Assembly: GCA_964019425.1 (NCBI GenBank)
Contig: OZ025781.1
Coordinates: 186,001-250,000 of the forward strand
Length of the DNA stretch: 64,000 nt
Origin: Flectonema sp. DT1601
Taxonomy: Eukaryota
Reading direction: 5' to 3'
A program made the translations under genes and the position numbers. The notes under the pieces were generated by a model, which was given only the letters and a program-made list of their open reading frames with translations, ran no database searches and was not told the origin of the DNA. Shown here piece by piece: positions 10,945-21,952 of this stretch; positions within the stretch are counted from its first letter, which is position 1, and every line of letters starts with the position of its first letter.

Positions 10945-13524
10945 TTATAGTTTTCCATCTTGCGGTACTAACGAAGCACTCCCGGCATTAAAAAAAGTCG
11001 CGTGAGTACGTTCCCCAAGTTCTTCATCTTTTTGCTCCTGAGATGCTTTTTCCTTTCTACAACAACATATGTAAACAATAACAATAGCAACTATTACGAC
11101 TACAACAGAAATGATCGAAATCAGAAGTGTATTGCGAAGCTTCACATCGCTGTCATCACTGCTTGATGAACTCCTAGTTGGGGCCGCAGTAGCATTACTT
11201 TTCGCAGCTGGGGCTGTAGTAGGAGCAGTAGTTGTTGCTGGGGCCGTAGTGGGCGCATTAGGTGAAACCACAATGGTACCTGGCACCTTGTAAGTTCCAG
11301 CCTCAAATTCCACCCAATTAGTTGAAGCAGTCGAACTGAGTGCAGCAGTTTGCTGAAGTATCTGCAACTCTGTTGCAGCTGAGTATGGAGGCCAGAAAGG
11401 CAACACATGATCAGCATAAACAGGAAGAAATTCATCCGAAATAGATGTGCTCGGATCAGTGTAGAAAGCTGACAAACTGAATGTCAGCGCGGCGTTAGTT
11501 CTCGTGATTGGAGTCAGCGGCTTGTTTACGTTGTTCATAGCGGCGGTAGCAACCCAAGATTTCCATTCGAAAAATGGTCCATTTGTAGCAGAACTTACTC
11601 TGTGCTTTTCTCCAGAAACACCACCAGCAGAGACAATTGTTACGGCCTTGGCCTTTCTAAGGAGCTTCACAGTATGAGAACAAGAACTACCGCATCCTCC
11701 GAGTGATATAACTTTGATGGTTGCGAATCCCTTCGTAGGTTTATTGATTATCTCACTCGCTCCAAGGTTACACTGAGCAAACCCAGCAGAGCCTACCAAT
11801 CCAAATGGTGATTCAAAGAGAGAAATAATCTTTGGAAGCACAAACACTTCAGGTGATCCAGCAGCCCTGCTCTTCTTCGGAGCGTTGTTAAAGAGATCAT
11901 TTAATTTATCGAATGCTTTCTCAAGGTTTGTACTGGCCAAAGGTTCGTTGTATAAGTTTTCACCGGTAGAAATACGCAACGCGTTGTAGTTTTCACCACC
12001 AACCGCAACAGATTGTATCAAACTGATGTATCCCTTAGTGAAGTCAGTGAGGTGGTATTCAGAAGCACCCTTAGTGGAAGCAGCACTTGCAGGTGAGATA
12101 CGGAAATCGCTTCTCGTCCTCGATGCGTTCCTCAGTCCTGCAGGGTATTGGAGCTTCGGAGTGAAGTACTCAATCGCTGTAGAGTACAAGATAAGAAATC
12201 CTCCACCGTTACCACGGACGTCCAAAATCAATTCTGTGATTCTCGGGGAAAACGCAATCCCATAATCATTGCAAGCCTCAATAACTTTTAAAAACCTAAG
12301 TAAGACTTTTGCCTCATCACAACCCTGTAAGTTGGTAGTATTAGGGGAAAAGGTTCCGATGTACAAGTACATTACTGGCTTTGCGTTGGTTTCGAAAGAG
12401 CTGCACACAATATTCGGTTCATTGGTATTTTGTGGATATTGAGCAACTATCTTACCCTGATTCCAGAGATCTGAAGAAGCAAGCTGCTGAACTGATCTTT
12501 TGGACACGTGTTCCTGTTCCTTCTTTGCAGATGCAGCCTTGTCAGCCTTGTCAGCGTTGTGAAGATCTCTCGCAATGTCTGAAAGTGGATTAGGAGGAAG
12601 GTTAGGTCCGGAGTTCACTTCAGGACTTTTATGAATACCTGCCCTCTGATCAGCGATAGGAGGAATTGGTTTGTATGCCTCTCTGTTCTGCCTGATGTGA
12701 GTAATGTCGTTAGGGGTCACTGGTGCTTCCTGTACCTGAGCACCTCTCGCAGTCGCTGCTGGACGGTTACCAGCAACTATGACAGCGGTTGTTAACTGTG
12801 GTTCTGATCTTCCAGAGTAGATTGGAAGGGTGTGAGACGTACCAGCAACAGTTATTTGCATTGTGGTGGCCTGGTATCCAAATATGGTCGAAGATATACC
12901 TGCAGCGGCTGGGTTCGCTAGATATTCATTAAGGTCTGCACCATTAGACTTCGAAGTGCCGTTGTCACCAAGCAACTTTGATAAAGAGGCCACTGCTGGC
13001 TGTCCGTTGATTGCAGTTACGACGTCGCCAACCTGAACACTGCTCCACGTCTGTCCCTGAGAAAAGGCAGTGAAAATTACAAGGCGATCCCTGATGAAAA
13101 TAACCTGCTGTCCATTATCCATTCTTGATCCGAATACAAAAGGAATAGATAACTCAGCAAAGTATCCCGATGGTGGAGAGTAAGAAGTATGCCCGTCTTG
13201 TAACTTTAAGAAGAGTTGAGCCATTGAAGCTTGAAATTGGAAATCACTATTCCACTGTTGAGTAGAGAACTGTTGAAGAGAACCCTTCAAGTTAACCTTT
13301 CCAATCACAGATGGGTCTGTTGATAGAGCGATGTCAGTTCCATGGTAAAACTCAACCATCTCAAGCGCTGCTTTTGTCGCTTCCGTCACAGTTGCTTGAT
13401 CCACCGGAACAGTGTTGTAACAGTCAAAGATTTCAGTAGCGTTATAGAAGTAATAACCATCTATCAGCTGCCCCTGTAAATTACATTGCGACACCGCCAG
13501 CAGGTTTATCATTGAGAGTAACAT
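10945..13524 (-). CDS. S41-family membrane protease, paralogue 2 (859 aa, longest stalk)
   Basis: Same motifs as paralogue 1; long TAP-repeat stalk. Confidence 0.85.
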   Translation of the reverse strand: MLLSMINLLAVSQCNLQGQLIDGYYFYNATEIFDCYNTVPVDQATVTEATKAALEMVEFYHGTDIALSTDPSVIGKVNLKGSLQQFSTQQWNSDFQFQASMAQLFLKLQDGHTSYSPPSGYFAELSIPFVFGSRMDNGQQVIFIRDRLVIFTAFSQGQTWSSVQVGDVVTAINGQPAVASLSKLLGDNGTSKSNGADLNEYLANPAAAGISSTIFGYQATTMQITVAGTSHTLPIYSGRSEPQLTTAVIVAGNRPAATARGAQVQEAPVTPNDITHIRQNREAYKPIPPIADQRAGIHKSPEVNSGPNLPPNPLSDIARDLHNADKADKAASAKKEQEHVSKRSVQQLASSDLWNQGKIVAQYPQNTNEPNIVCSSFETNAKPVMYLYIGTFSPNTTNLQGCDEAKVLLRFLKVIEACNDYGIAFSPRITELILDVRGNGGGFLILYSTAIEYFTPKLQYPAGLRNASRTRSDFRISPASAASTKGASEYHLTDFTKGYISLIQSVAVGGENYNALRISTGENLYNEPLASTNLEKAFDKLNDLFNNAPKKSRAAGSPEVFVLPKIISLFESPFGLVGSAGFAQCNLGASEIINKPTKGFATIKVISLGGCGSSCSHTVKLLRKAKAVTIVSAGGVSGEKHRVSSATNGPFFEWKSWVATAAMNNVNKPLTPITRTNAALTFSLSAFYTDPSTSISDEFLPVYADHVLPFWPPYSAATELQILQQTAALSSTASTNWVEFEAGTYKVPGTIVVSPNAPTTAPATTTAPTTAPAAKSNATAAPTRSSSSSDDSDVKLRNTLLISIISVVVVIVAIVIVYICCCRKEKASQEQKDEELGERTHATFFNAGSASLVPQDGKL

Positions 13525-13532
13525 TTTATTTA

Positions 13533-15945
13533 GAAAACTGATGATGAGAAGTTGTGGATTCATCGTATTGACTGGATGGGTAACTATTTGTGGTATCGAC
13601 TTAGTACGAATATCTGTGTTGATGTCCTGGAAAAGAAAAGCATCAATCAATTTAGTGACTAACATTAAAAAACCAACACAGCCCAGCAAGTAGCTGTCGG
13701 GATAACGGAGTTAGTTGTTCAACGCCTGGGCTCCCTGTTGAGGGTAGTCATCCGGCAATCGAATTGTTTACTTGCATTCCATTGTTATCGAAACAAACGA
13801 AATTTATCTTTACGGTGTGAAGTCGCTTGAACAATATAAAGAATGGCTCAGACATGTCGGGAAGACGACAAATTTTGATCAAAAAAAGAAGAGGGATTTT
13901 ATTTTCTTCGTATCTTTTTTCTTTATTCCCTTCGCAGTGCAATTAATACGACGACTACTTGTACGATGGGCAATCGTGTCCAATCCCAGGCGATGGTTCA
14001 AAAAGTTTTCACGGCAATTCAGTACTGGTTCCCTGCTTGTGATGTCATTCTCAGACATCTATTTCTTTTCTGTTGACAGTTCCCTTAAGAGAGGAGCAAA
14101 AGAAAGAAAGCAAAAAAGGTTTCAGAAAAACACGAAAATGAAAACAACAACTGTTGTACGGTTCCCAAAGTTGCCGATAGCAGCAGCTTTTCATGTCTTT
14201 TTCCCCCTCCTCTGCCCTCAATTATTTTTGATTTGTGTTCCACCAACTGCTGACTACCTCACAGTAGCAAGTGCAAAGCTAATGAAATTATAGCAATAAA
14301 GGACAGACAGAGAGTAACCTCCCATCTAACCGTTGTTCTATACGCAAGTTAATGGTCTAGAATAGTAGAGAAACTAAATGAGAGTTTTAAGGAATGAATT
14401 CGTGGAAGAGATGTCACCAAGGAGGAAACGTTTGTCGAGTTACGTTTTCTCTCTTAAATTCTCAGTTAGTGCGACTCTTTTTCTTTTTTTTTTTCTTTTT
14501 CTTGTTTTTCGTTCTCTTTTTTTTTTCCCCTAAGACAAATCATAAGGGACGCGGTGATTCACAAAAACCATTCAGATTAGTATATTTCATTGAAGGCAGC
14601 TCATCATCATCTTAAGGTTAAAATAAATCATGACCATAAGAAATATTGGCTTTCAATCTGAATAGTTTCTTCTCCGACTACGTCGGTACAAAAAGGAAAA
14701 AAAAAGAAGAAGAATTCACGCTTTTAAAAAATCTCATCGCGACCTGAAAAGCATTAAAGATCAAAGTGGAAGCGAGCAACCCGCTGACAGAATGAATGTT
14801 TCCAGTCGCTGACATAACCAGAGATGTCACAAACAACAGCTCGTTAATTACACGACGGCTGCACTGAGAAAGATTCACAAGAGAACAGTTAGGATATGAG
14901 TTTTGTTATATTAATCAGTATTAGCTATATTAGCGGAAAGTGATCTGAAGAGAGGTGATTTATGTTATTTGTGTTTTTGTCTTCGTTTTAAATTAGTTAG
15001 CGTCTCCGAATGACGTAGGAAGTTTGTTCTTTATTTTTAATTGTTTTTTTCTTTTTAAGTCCAGGGAGATGAAAGGTTCGAAGAAGCTCATGGGGGATAA
15101 CAGGAGTTCGTTACCACAACCTACAAGCGAGAAGAGACGTTATTTTAATCAACCGCAAATGACTAGTAAGAGACGGCTGATAACGCCTATCATAAAGGCA
15201 CAAGTTAAAAAATAGTTTCTCCTTTTTAAAATGTCTCATTCAGTTCATCGCGACTTGAAAAGCATCGAAGATCAAAGTGGAAGCGAGCAACCCGCCGACA
15301 GAATGAATGTTTCCAGTCGCTGACATAACCAGAGATATCACAAAAAACAGCTCGTTAATTACACGACAGCTGCCCTGAGAAAGATTTTCATACGAAAACA
15401 GTTAGAATATGAGTTTTGTTATATTAATCAGTATTAGCTATATTAGCGAGGAGAGGACTACACTCCTTACCCATCCCTCTTCAGCGAAAGAGAGCAAGGA
15501 GGACACTGCGGTATCAGACCTGTCCTACTCATCGTTGGACTGAATATGAGTTTGTTATATTAATTGTTATTAGTAAATAAAGACGTAATCCAGTAATCTG
15601 AAGAGAGGGAGGACGGATGTTTTTCTTGCCGCGGTACTTACGCAGGATCCACGTCAGATAAAGAAGAATACACAACACTGGTGTAAAATAAAATGATTCC
15701 CAGCATTCCAATATAATCCACAGAGGTGGTTACATGTGATGAATTGATATATTAATTTTTACGAATTAAAAAAAAATATAAAACGAAATTAAACAACTGA
15801 CTTTCCTGCACCACAAAAGTCCATACAACAGTTGCCAAACAAGTCATAGAATTTTCAAACGAATGAACTCAAGAAACGCTGATACCTGTTCGAAGATATC
15901 AGGGGAGGGGTGACTCTGATGGCAACATTGATGGGAAACAAAAGG
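13533..15945. mobile_element. Spacer made of a plus-strand integrase relic (13533-14180) and minus-strand pol relic modules
   Basis: Same nucleotide modules as 6850-7460 and 7760-8575; near-identical to 24457-27055. Confidence 0.5.
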
Positions 15946-16092
15946 TACTAACAACAAAAACACGCAGATTTCTATTCTTAGTTAGTTAGCAGCTATTCTT
16001 GAATTCTTCTAGCTTTCACTCCCAGTATGAACAAAAGGGGATTACTGTTTGAGCACATGTTTTAATAACATTCTCAATGAAACACAATAATA

Positions 16093-18546
16093 TTAGACAG
16101 TTCTGTCGGGACGATCTTCAAGTTCTTCGTCTTCTTGTTCCTGAGATGATGATTTCCTACAACAACACATGTAAACAATAACAATAACAACTATTACGAA
16201 TACGGCAGAAAATATCGAAATCAGAAGTGTATTGCGAAGCTTCACATCGCTGTCATCGCTGCTTTTCGCAGGTGCCGTAGTAGCAGACCCCACAACGGTA
16301 CCAGGCACCTTGTAAGTTCCAGCCTCAAATTCCACCCAATTAGTTGAAGCAGTCGAACTGAGTGCAGCAGTTTGCTGAAGTATCTGCAACTCTGTTGCAG
16401 CTGAGAATGGAGGCCAGAAAGGCAACACATGATCAGCATAAACAGGAAGAAATTCATCCGAAAGAGACGTGCTCGGATCAGTGTAGAAAGCAGCTAAACT
16501 GAATGAAAGCGCGGCGTTAGTTCTCGTGATCGGAGTCAGTGGCTTGTTTACGTTGTTCTCAGCGGCGGTAGCAACCCAAGATTTCCACTCTACAAATGGT
16601 CCATTTGTAGCAGAACTTACTCTGTGCTTTTCTCCAGAAACACCACCAGCAGTGACAATTGTTACGGCCTTGGCTTTACTAAGAAGCTTTATAGCATGAG
16701 AACAAGAACTACCGCATGCTCCGAGTGATATAACTTTGATGGTTGCGAATCCCTTCGTAGGTTTGGTAATTATCTCATTCGCTGCAAAGTTACACTGAGC
16801 GCCCAGCGTAGAGTCTTTCAATGTAAATAGTGATTCATAGAGAGAAACGACCATTGGAACCACATACACTTCAGGTGATCCAGCAGCCCTGCTCTTCTTC
16901 GGAGCCTTGTTAAAGAGATCATTTAATTTAGCCTTCGCCTTCTGCGGGTTTGTACTGGCCAAAGGTTCGTTGTATAAGTTTTCACCGGTAGAAATACGCA
17001 ACGCGTTGTAGTTTTCACCACTTACCACAATAGACTGCATCATATTAATGTATCCCTTAGTGAAGTCAGTGAGGTGGAATTGCAAAGCACCCTTAGTAGC
17101 AGCAGCACTTGCAGGTGAGATACGGAATTCACTATTTGTTTTCGAGACTTCTCTGAAGCCTGCAGGGAATTGGAGTTTCGGAGTGAAGTAGTCAATCGCC
17201 GTAGAATACAGTAGCTGAAGTCCACCACCGTTACCACGGAAGTCCAGGATCAATTCTGTGATTCTCGGGGAAAACGCAATTGCATAATTATTGCAAGCCT
17301 CAATAACTTTTAAAAACCCGAAGAAGACTTTATTTTCATCACAACCCTGTAAGTTAGTAATGTTAACTTCAAAGGTTCCGATGTACAAGTACATTACTGG
17401 CTTTGCGTTGGTTTCGAAAGAGCTGCACACAATATTCGGTTCATTGGTATTTTGTGGATATTGAGCAACTATCTTACCCTGATTCCAGAGATCTGAAGAA
17501 GCAAGCTGCTGAACTGATCTTTTGGACACCCGTTCCTGTTCCTTCTTTGCAGATGCAGCCTTGTCAGCCTTGTCAGCGTTGTGAAGATCTCTCGCAATGT
17601 CTGAAAGTGGATTAGGAGGAAGGTTAGGTCCGGAGTTCACTTCAGGACTTTTATGAATACCTGCCCTCTGATCAGCGATAGGAGGAATTGGTTTATATGC
17701 CTCTCTGTTCTGCCTGATGTGAGTAATGTCGTTAGGGGTCACTGGTGCTTCCTGTACCTGAGCACCTCTCGCAGTCGCTGCTGGACGGTTACCAGCAACT
17801 ATGACAGCGGTTGTTAACTGTGGTTCTGCTCTTCCAGAGTAGATTGGAAGGGTGTGAGACGTACCAGCAACAGTTATTTGCATTGTGGTGGCCTGGTATC
17901 CAGATGAGGTTGAAGATATACTTCCAGCATCTGAGTTCATTAAATATTCATTAAGGTCTGCGCCATTAGACTTCGAAGTGCCGTTGTCACCAAGCAACTT
18001 TGCTAAAGAGGCCACTGCTGGCTGTCCGTTGATTGCAGTTACGACGTCGCCAACCTGAACACTGCTCCACGTCTGTCCCTGAGAATAGGCAGCGAAAAGG
18101 GCAAGGCGTTCCCTGATGAAAATAACTTGCTGTCCGTTATCCATTCTGGTTCCGAATACAAAAGGAATAGATAAAGTAGAGTGATATCCCGATGGCAGAG
18201 TGTAAGAAGTATGCCCGTCTTGTAACTTTAAGAAGAGTTGAGCCATTGAAGCTTGAAATTGGAAATCACTATTCCACTGTTGAGTAGAGAACTGTTGAAG
18301 AGAACCCTTCAAGTTAACCTTTCCAATCACAGATGGGTCTGTTGATAGAGCGATGTCAGTTCCTTGATAAAACTCGACCATCTCAAGCGCTGCTTTTGTC
18401 GCTTCCGTCACAGTTGCTTGATCCACCGGAACAGTGTTGTAACAGTCAAAGATTTCACTAGCTCTGTAGTAGTAAAAGTTATCTATCAGCCGCCCCTGCA
18501 AATTACATTGCGACACCGCCAGCAGGTTTATCATTGAGAGTAACAT
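16093..18546 (-). CDS. S41-family membrane protease, paralogue 3 (817 aa)
   Basis: LQDGHT, LILDFRGNGGG, ACGSSCS, TM then CCC. Confidence 0.85.
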   Translation of the reverse strand: MLLSMINLLAVSQCNLQGRLIDNFYYYRASEIFDCYNTVPVDQATVTEATKAALEMVEFYQGTDIALSTDPSVIGKVNLKGSLQQFSTQQWNSDFQFQASMAQLFLKLQDGHTSYTLPSGYHSTLSIPFVFGTRMDNGQQVIFIRERLALFAAYSQGQTWSSVQVGDVVTAINGQPAVASLAKLLGDNGTSKSNGADLNEYLMNSDAGSISSTSSGYQATTMQITVAGTSHTLPIYSGRAEPQLTTAVIVAGNRPAATARGAQVQEAPVTPNDITHIRQNREAYKPIPPIADQRAGIHKSPEVNSGPNLPPNPLSDIARDLHNADKADKAASAKKEQERVSKRSVQQLASSDLWNQGKIVAQYPQNTNEPNIVCSSFETNAKPVMYLYIGTFEVNITNLQGCDENKVFFGFLKVIEACNNYAIAFSPRITELILDFRGNGGGLQLLYSTAIDYFTPKLQFPAGFREVSKTNSEFRISPASAAATKGALQFHLTDFTKGYINMMQSIVVSGENYNALRISTGENLYNEPLASTNPQKAKAKLNDLFNKAPKKSRAAGSPEVYVVPMVVSLYESLFTLKDSTLGAQCNFAANEIITKPTKGFATIKVISLGACGSSCSHAIKLLSKAKAVTIVTAGGVSGEKHRVSSATNGPFVEWKSWVATAAENNVNKPLTPITRTNAALSFSLAAFYTDPSTSLSDEFLPVYADHVLPFWPPFSAATELQILQQTAALSSTASTNWVEFEAGTYKVPGTVVGSATTAPAKSSDDSDVKLRNTLLISIFSAVFVIVVIVIVYMCCCRKSSSQEQEDEELEDRPDRTV

Positions 18547-18631
18547 TTTATTTGAAGAACTGTTTAATAAAATACAGTAACAGTTCACAACATTCACAGA
18601 TGTGTATTAATTACTTCAGACATCCATCCAA

Positions 18632-20850
18632 ATCGTACGAATATCTGTGTTGATGTCCTGGAAAAGAAAAGCATCAATCAATTTAGTGACTAACATTAAA
18701 AAACCAACACAGCCCAGCAGGTAGCTGTCGGGATAACGGAGTTAGTTGTTCAACGCCTGGGCTCCCTGTTGAGGGAAGTCATCCGGCAATCGAGTTGTTT
18801 ACTTGCATCCCATTGTTATCGAAACAAACGAAATTTATCTTTACGGTGTGAAGTCGCTTGAACAATATAAAAAATATTTATAACAAAAAGAATCCAGCAA
18901 TGTTTTATTTACTTTCCCCCCCCACTCGTGGTATTTATAAGACTACCAAGTGTACGATGGGCAATGAGTTGAAAGTGTCCAATCCCAGGAGACGGTTCAA
19001 GAAGTTCTCAAAGAGGTTTAGTTTTGTTTTCCTGCTTGTGATGTCATTCTCAGATATCCATTTCATTTCCGTTGACAGCACCTTTTATAATTCACAAGAG
19101 AGGAACAAAAGAAAGAAGGCAAAAAAAATTTAAGAAAAAACACGAAAAACGAAAACAGTAACTGTTGTACGTAGAAAAAACGGCCTCAGAAAATATCGGA
19201 GAAGACGACAAGCTTTGACCTTCTTCAGGTACCCAAAAAATAATAGAGATCGTGTTTTCTGTATCTTTTTTCTTCTTTATGTATTTTATTTTTATTTATT
19301 TTACGAAGCCTAGGAGCAAAAAGCCAGGAAAAGCTCAACAGGGTAACAGTTATATGGCAACCAGCAACCGTGAGACTCTCATAGACTATAAGAGACGTAG
19401 AATAACCTGGAACAAATGACTACCTAAACCCACCGCCCGCGTGAGCAGACAGTTAGAGAAGGTTTCATGTTTCTTTTTATTTTGAGAGTTAACAAGAAAG
19501 TGTATTGCTGTTCTCTCTTTGAAATCTTAATACAGCCGCACTGAGAAAGATTCACAAGAGAACAGTTAGAATATGAGTTTTGTTATATTAGTCAGTATTA
19601 GCTATATTAGAGGAGAGTTATCACAAATAAATAATAATCAAAATTAAATAAATAATTCATTAGGACTACACTCCTTACCCATCCCTCTTTAGCGAAAGAG
19701 AGCAAGGAGGACACTGCGGTATCAGACCTGTCCTACTCATCGTGTTTGCCCTTCTCAGCAAATGGACTGAATATGAGTTTGTTATATTACTTTGTTAGTA
19801 ACAAAAAGACGTGTCGAATGATCTGAAGAGAGGGAGGATGGGAATCATTTATGTTATTGTATTATTCCTGCTGCGGTACTAACTGCGTTGTCCGTCAGAA
19901 TATAAAAAAAACGGTCAACAACTTGTTACTAAAAAAAGGATTTCCAGTAACTTTAATAAAAATTAAAAAATAACAAATTCAACGAATCACAAAAGAGGTA
20001 CAATATCCATACAACAGTTGCCAAACAAGTCAAAATTTTCAAACGACTAAACATAAGAAACGCTGATACCTGTTCGAAGATATCAGGGGAGGGGGTGACT
20101 CTGATGGCAACATTGATGGGAAACAAAAAGGTCGAATCACAAAAACTCGAAACACACAAATAGTTAGAATATGAGTTTATTATAAAAAAGTGAACTAAAT
20201 TAAAATATAATAGTTACTATTAATGGTTATCAGTCAAAAGAAGGGGATGAAACTTTGACAATGTAAAAACAGTATCAACTTTAGGTATTAAAGAAAACAA
20301 AATTAATATCAAAGTACTTGACTGAAAAATATTTGTAGTTATTAATCAAAGGGAGGGGAGAAAATATAATAGTTAGTTATCAAAATACAGAACTGATGAC
20401 TACGAGGGGTCTGGGTAGCCCGCATCAATAAGGACCCAATCGCGAAGATTGTAGTTTCATAGTATCGGCTGGAAGTGATCAACTTCCAGCCTCCACCTTG
20501 CCCAGAGGCTAACAGGTTGTAAATTTTTATTCCATATGCAGCGTCTTTTATTTATAATACGACTATATGCCCCACATACCACGAAAGAAAATAGAAAACC
20601 CCGGAACAGTACCGAGTATCGTTCACCCCCAGTTGTCCAAAGCATTATAATTGTACTGTGGGCTTACCGAAAAGCTTTAGAAATGTACCACAAAAGATTT
20701 GGGCAGCACATAGCCATATCGCTCAGCAAGAAATGAAAACAAAAGAATCAAGTAAGATGACAGTCAGTTTATGGGTCATAACTGCGACGGACAAATGAAT
20801 TGAACGAAACATGCAGATCGAAAACCCGCAGATTTGTATTTTCTTTTAAA
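18632..20850. mobile_element. Spacer of integrase/pol relic modules, duplicate of ~6915-9160
   Basis: Long near-identical blocks shared with the spacer between paralogues 1 and 2. Confidence 0.5.
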
Positions 20851-21266
20851 CTATTAAGGAACAGAATCAAAAGGAATCTTAAATGAGACCACGCAGTCTT
20901 AACTGCTCCGGACCTCGACCAGAAATTGGAATTAAAAAAAAAAAAAAAGAAAATGAAAACAATAAAATCAGTACCAACTTTAGGTACTATCTTTAAAAGG
21001 GAAAAGACAAAAAATATATTTCGTAGTTGTTAATCAAAGAATAAAAAGGTACATTTAAAAAAAAAAAATAAATAAATAAAAAACGCAGAGAATTATCTTC
21101 AGCCGAAGGAGATGCAATTTAATTTTACAGAAAAAAAATTAAAGAAACAAACAACTTCTACAGCCTTCCCACCTTGATCCCACGCTTAACAAGAAAAAAA
21201 ATTTAAAAAAAAAAAAAATACGATAAAAAAACAAGCAAGTTAATAAATGAATAGCTGCCCGAAATG

Positions 21267-21535
21267 ACGATTAATTCTTGTTTGGTAACAGTCACGTCTT
21301 CTTTTGATTTGAACTATGCAGACCCGGTATCAGAGTTCAGCAAACAATACAACTCCAGACCTTATCAGCCGCATTGCTAACATCACACATCTGACTTCTT
21401 TTATACACTTTGAACTTAGTAAGAGTAAATGCAGTGGAATGAAACGTTAAATACTTCGAAAGTCGTTGGAGTCGAGGGAGGCTCCTGAGAGAATACATCT
21501 GCAACCGACAATCAAGAAGGCATCATTCTTACAAA
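21267..21535 (-). pseudogene. Degenerate copy of the LINE-like C-terminal region
   Basis: Near-identical to 10465-10730. Confidence 0.6.
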
Positions 21536-21952
21536 GTCATCTCGTCATCCTTAGTTGAAGTGAGCGAAGCGTATTCTCAAGAGTTCTGTTTGATGTAAGG
21601 TGCATAAGATTCGATACCATAATAAACCATTAAGAGGATTAGCCCATAATATAGTTTGGCGGTGAACTCTCGTTGTGACTTAAAAGACGAAACTATCGAT
21701 ACCAATTAGTCGTGTAGAAGATCTCTGATAAAGTCAATTGAGATACACGAGGTTAGTTAATACTATCCACTGTGAAAGGAATGCACAACCTTGGTAGTCT
21801 ACATATCTTCTTATCGGAGAAGTGGCCACCAAAATCTAAGTATTCAGTCTTGTTTAAGGAGACACAGAAAGACAAAGTTTGAAAAGAAACAAAAAAAAAA
21901 AAAAGATAAAGCACTGTTGAGGACGTTCCCCGATCTGCAGGGAGGGAAGCAT

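Noticed and set aside
13525..13689. N-terminal extensions in the ORF track (MLGCVG..., MLVTKL..., MNVVNC...)
   Set aside because: They differ between near-identical paralogues, some begin at GTG/TTG, and the longer ones are frameshifted in some copies. The shared ATG at MLLSM precedes the signal-like peptide. MNPQ cannot be fully excluded.
13772..14293. 173 aa plus-strand ORF (and 24696..25205) as a real gene
   Set aside because: TTG start, runs through homopolymer tracts and is broken in other copies; better explained as relic sequence.
14230..14460. Non-standard genetic code (stop reassignment) suggested by spacer frames with TGA/TAA at plausible Trp/Gln sites
   Set aside because: The S41 CDSs contain no internal TAA/TAG/TGA and end in TAA or TGA. 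Nonsense transitions in dead elements explain the pattern.
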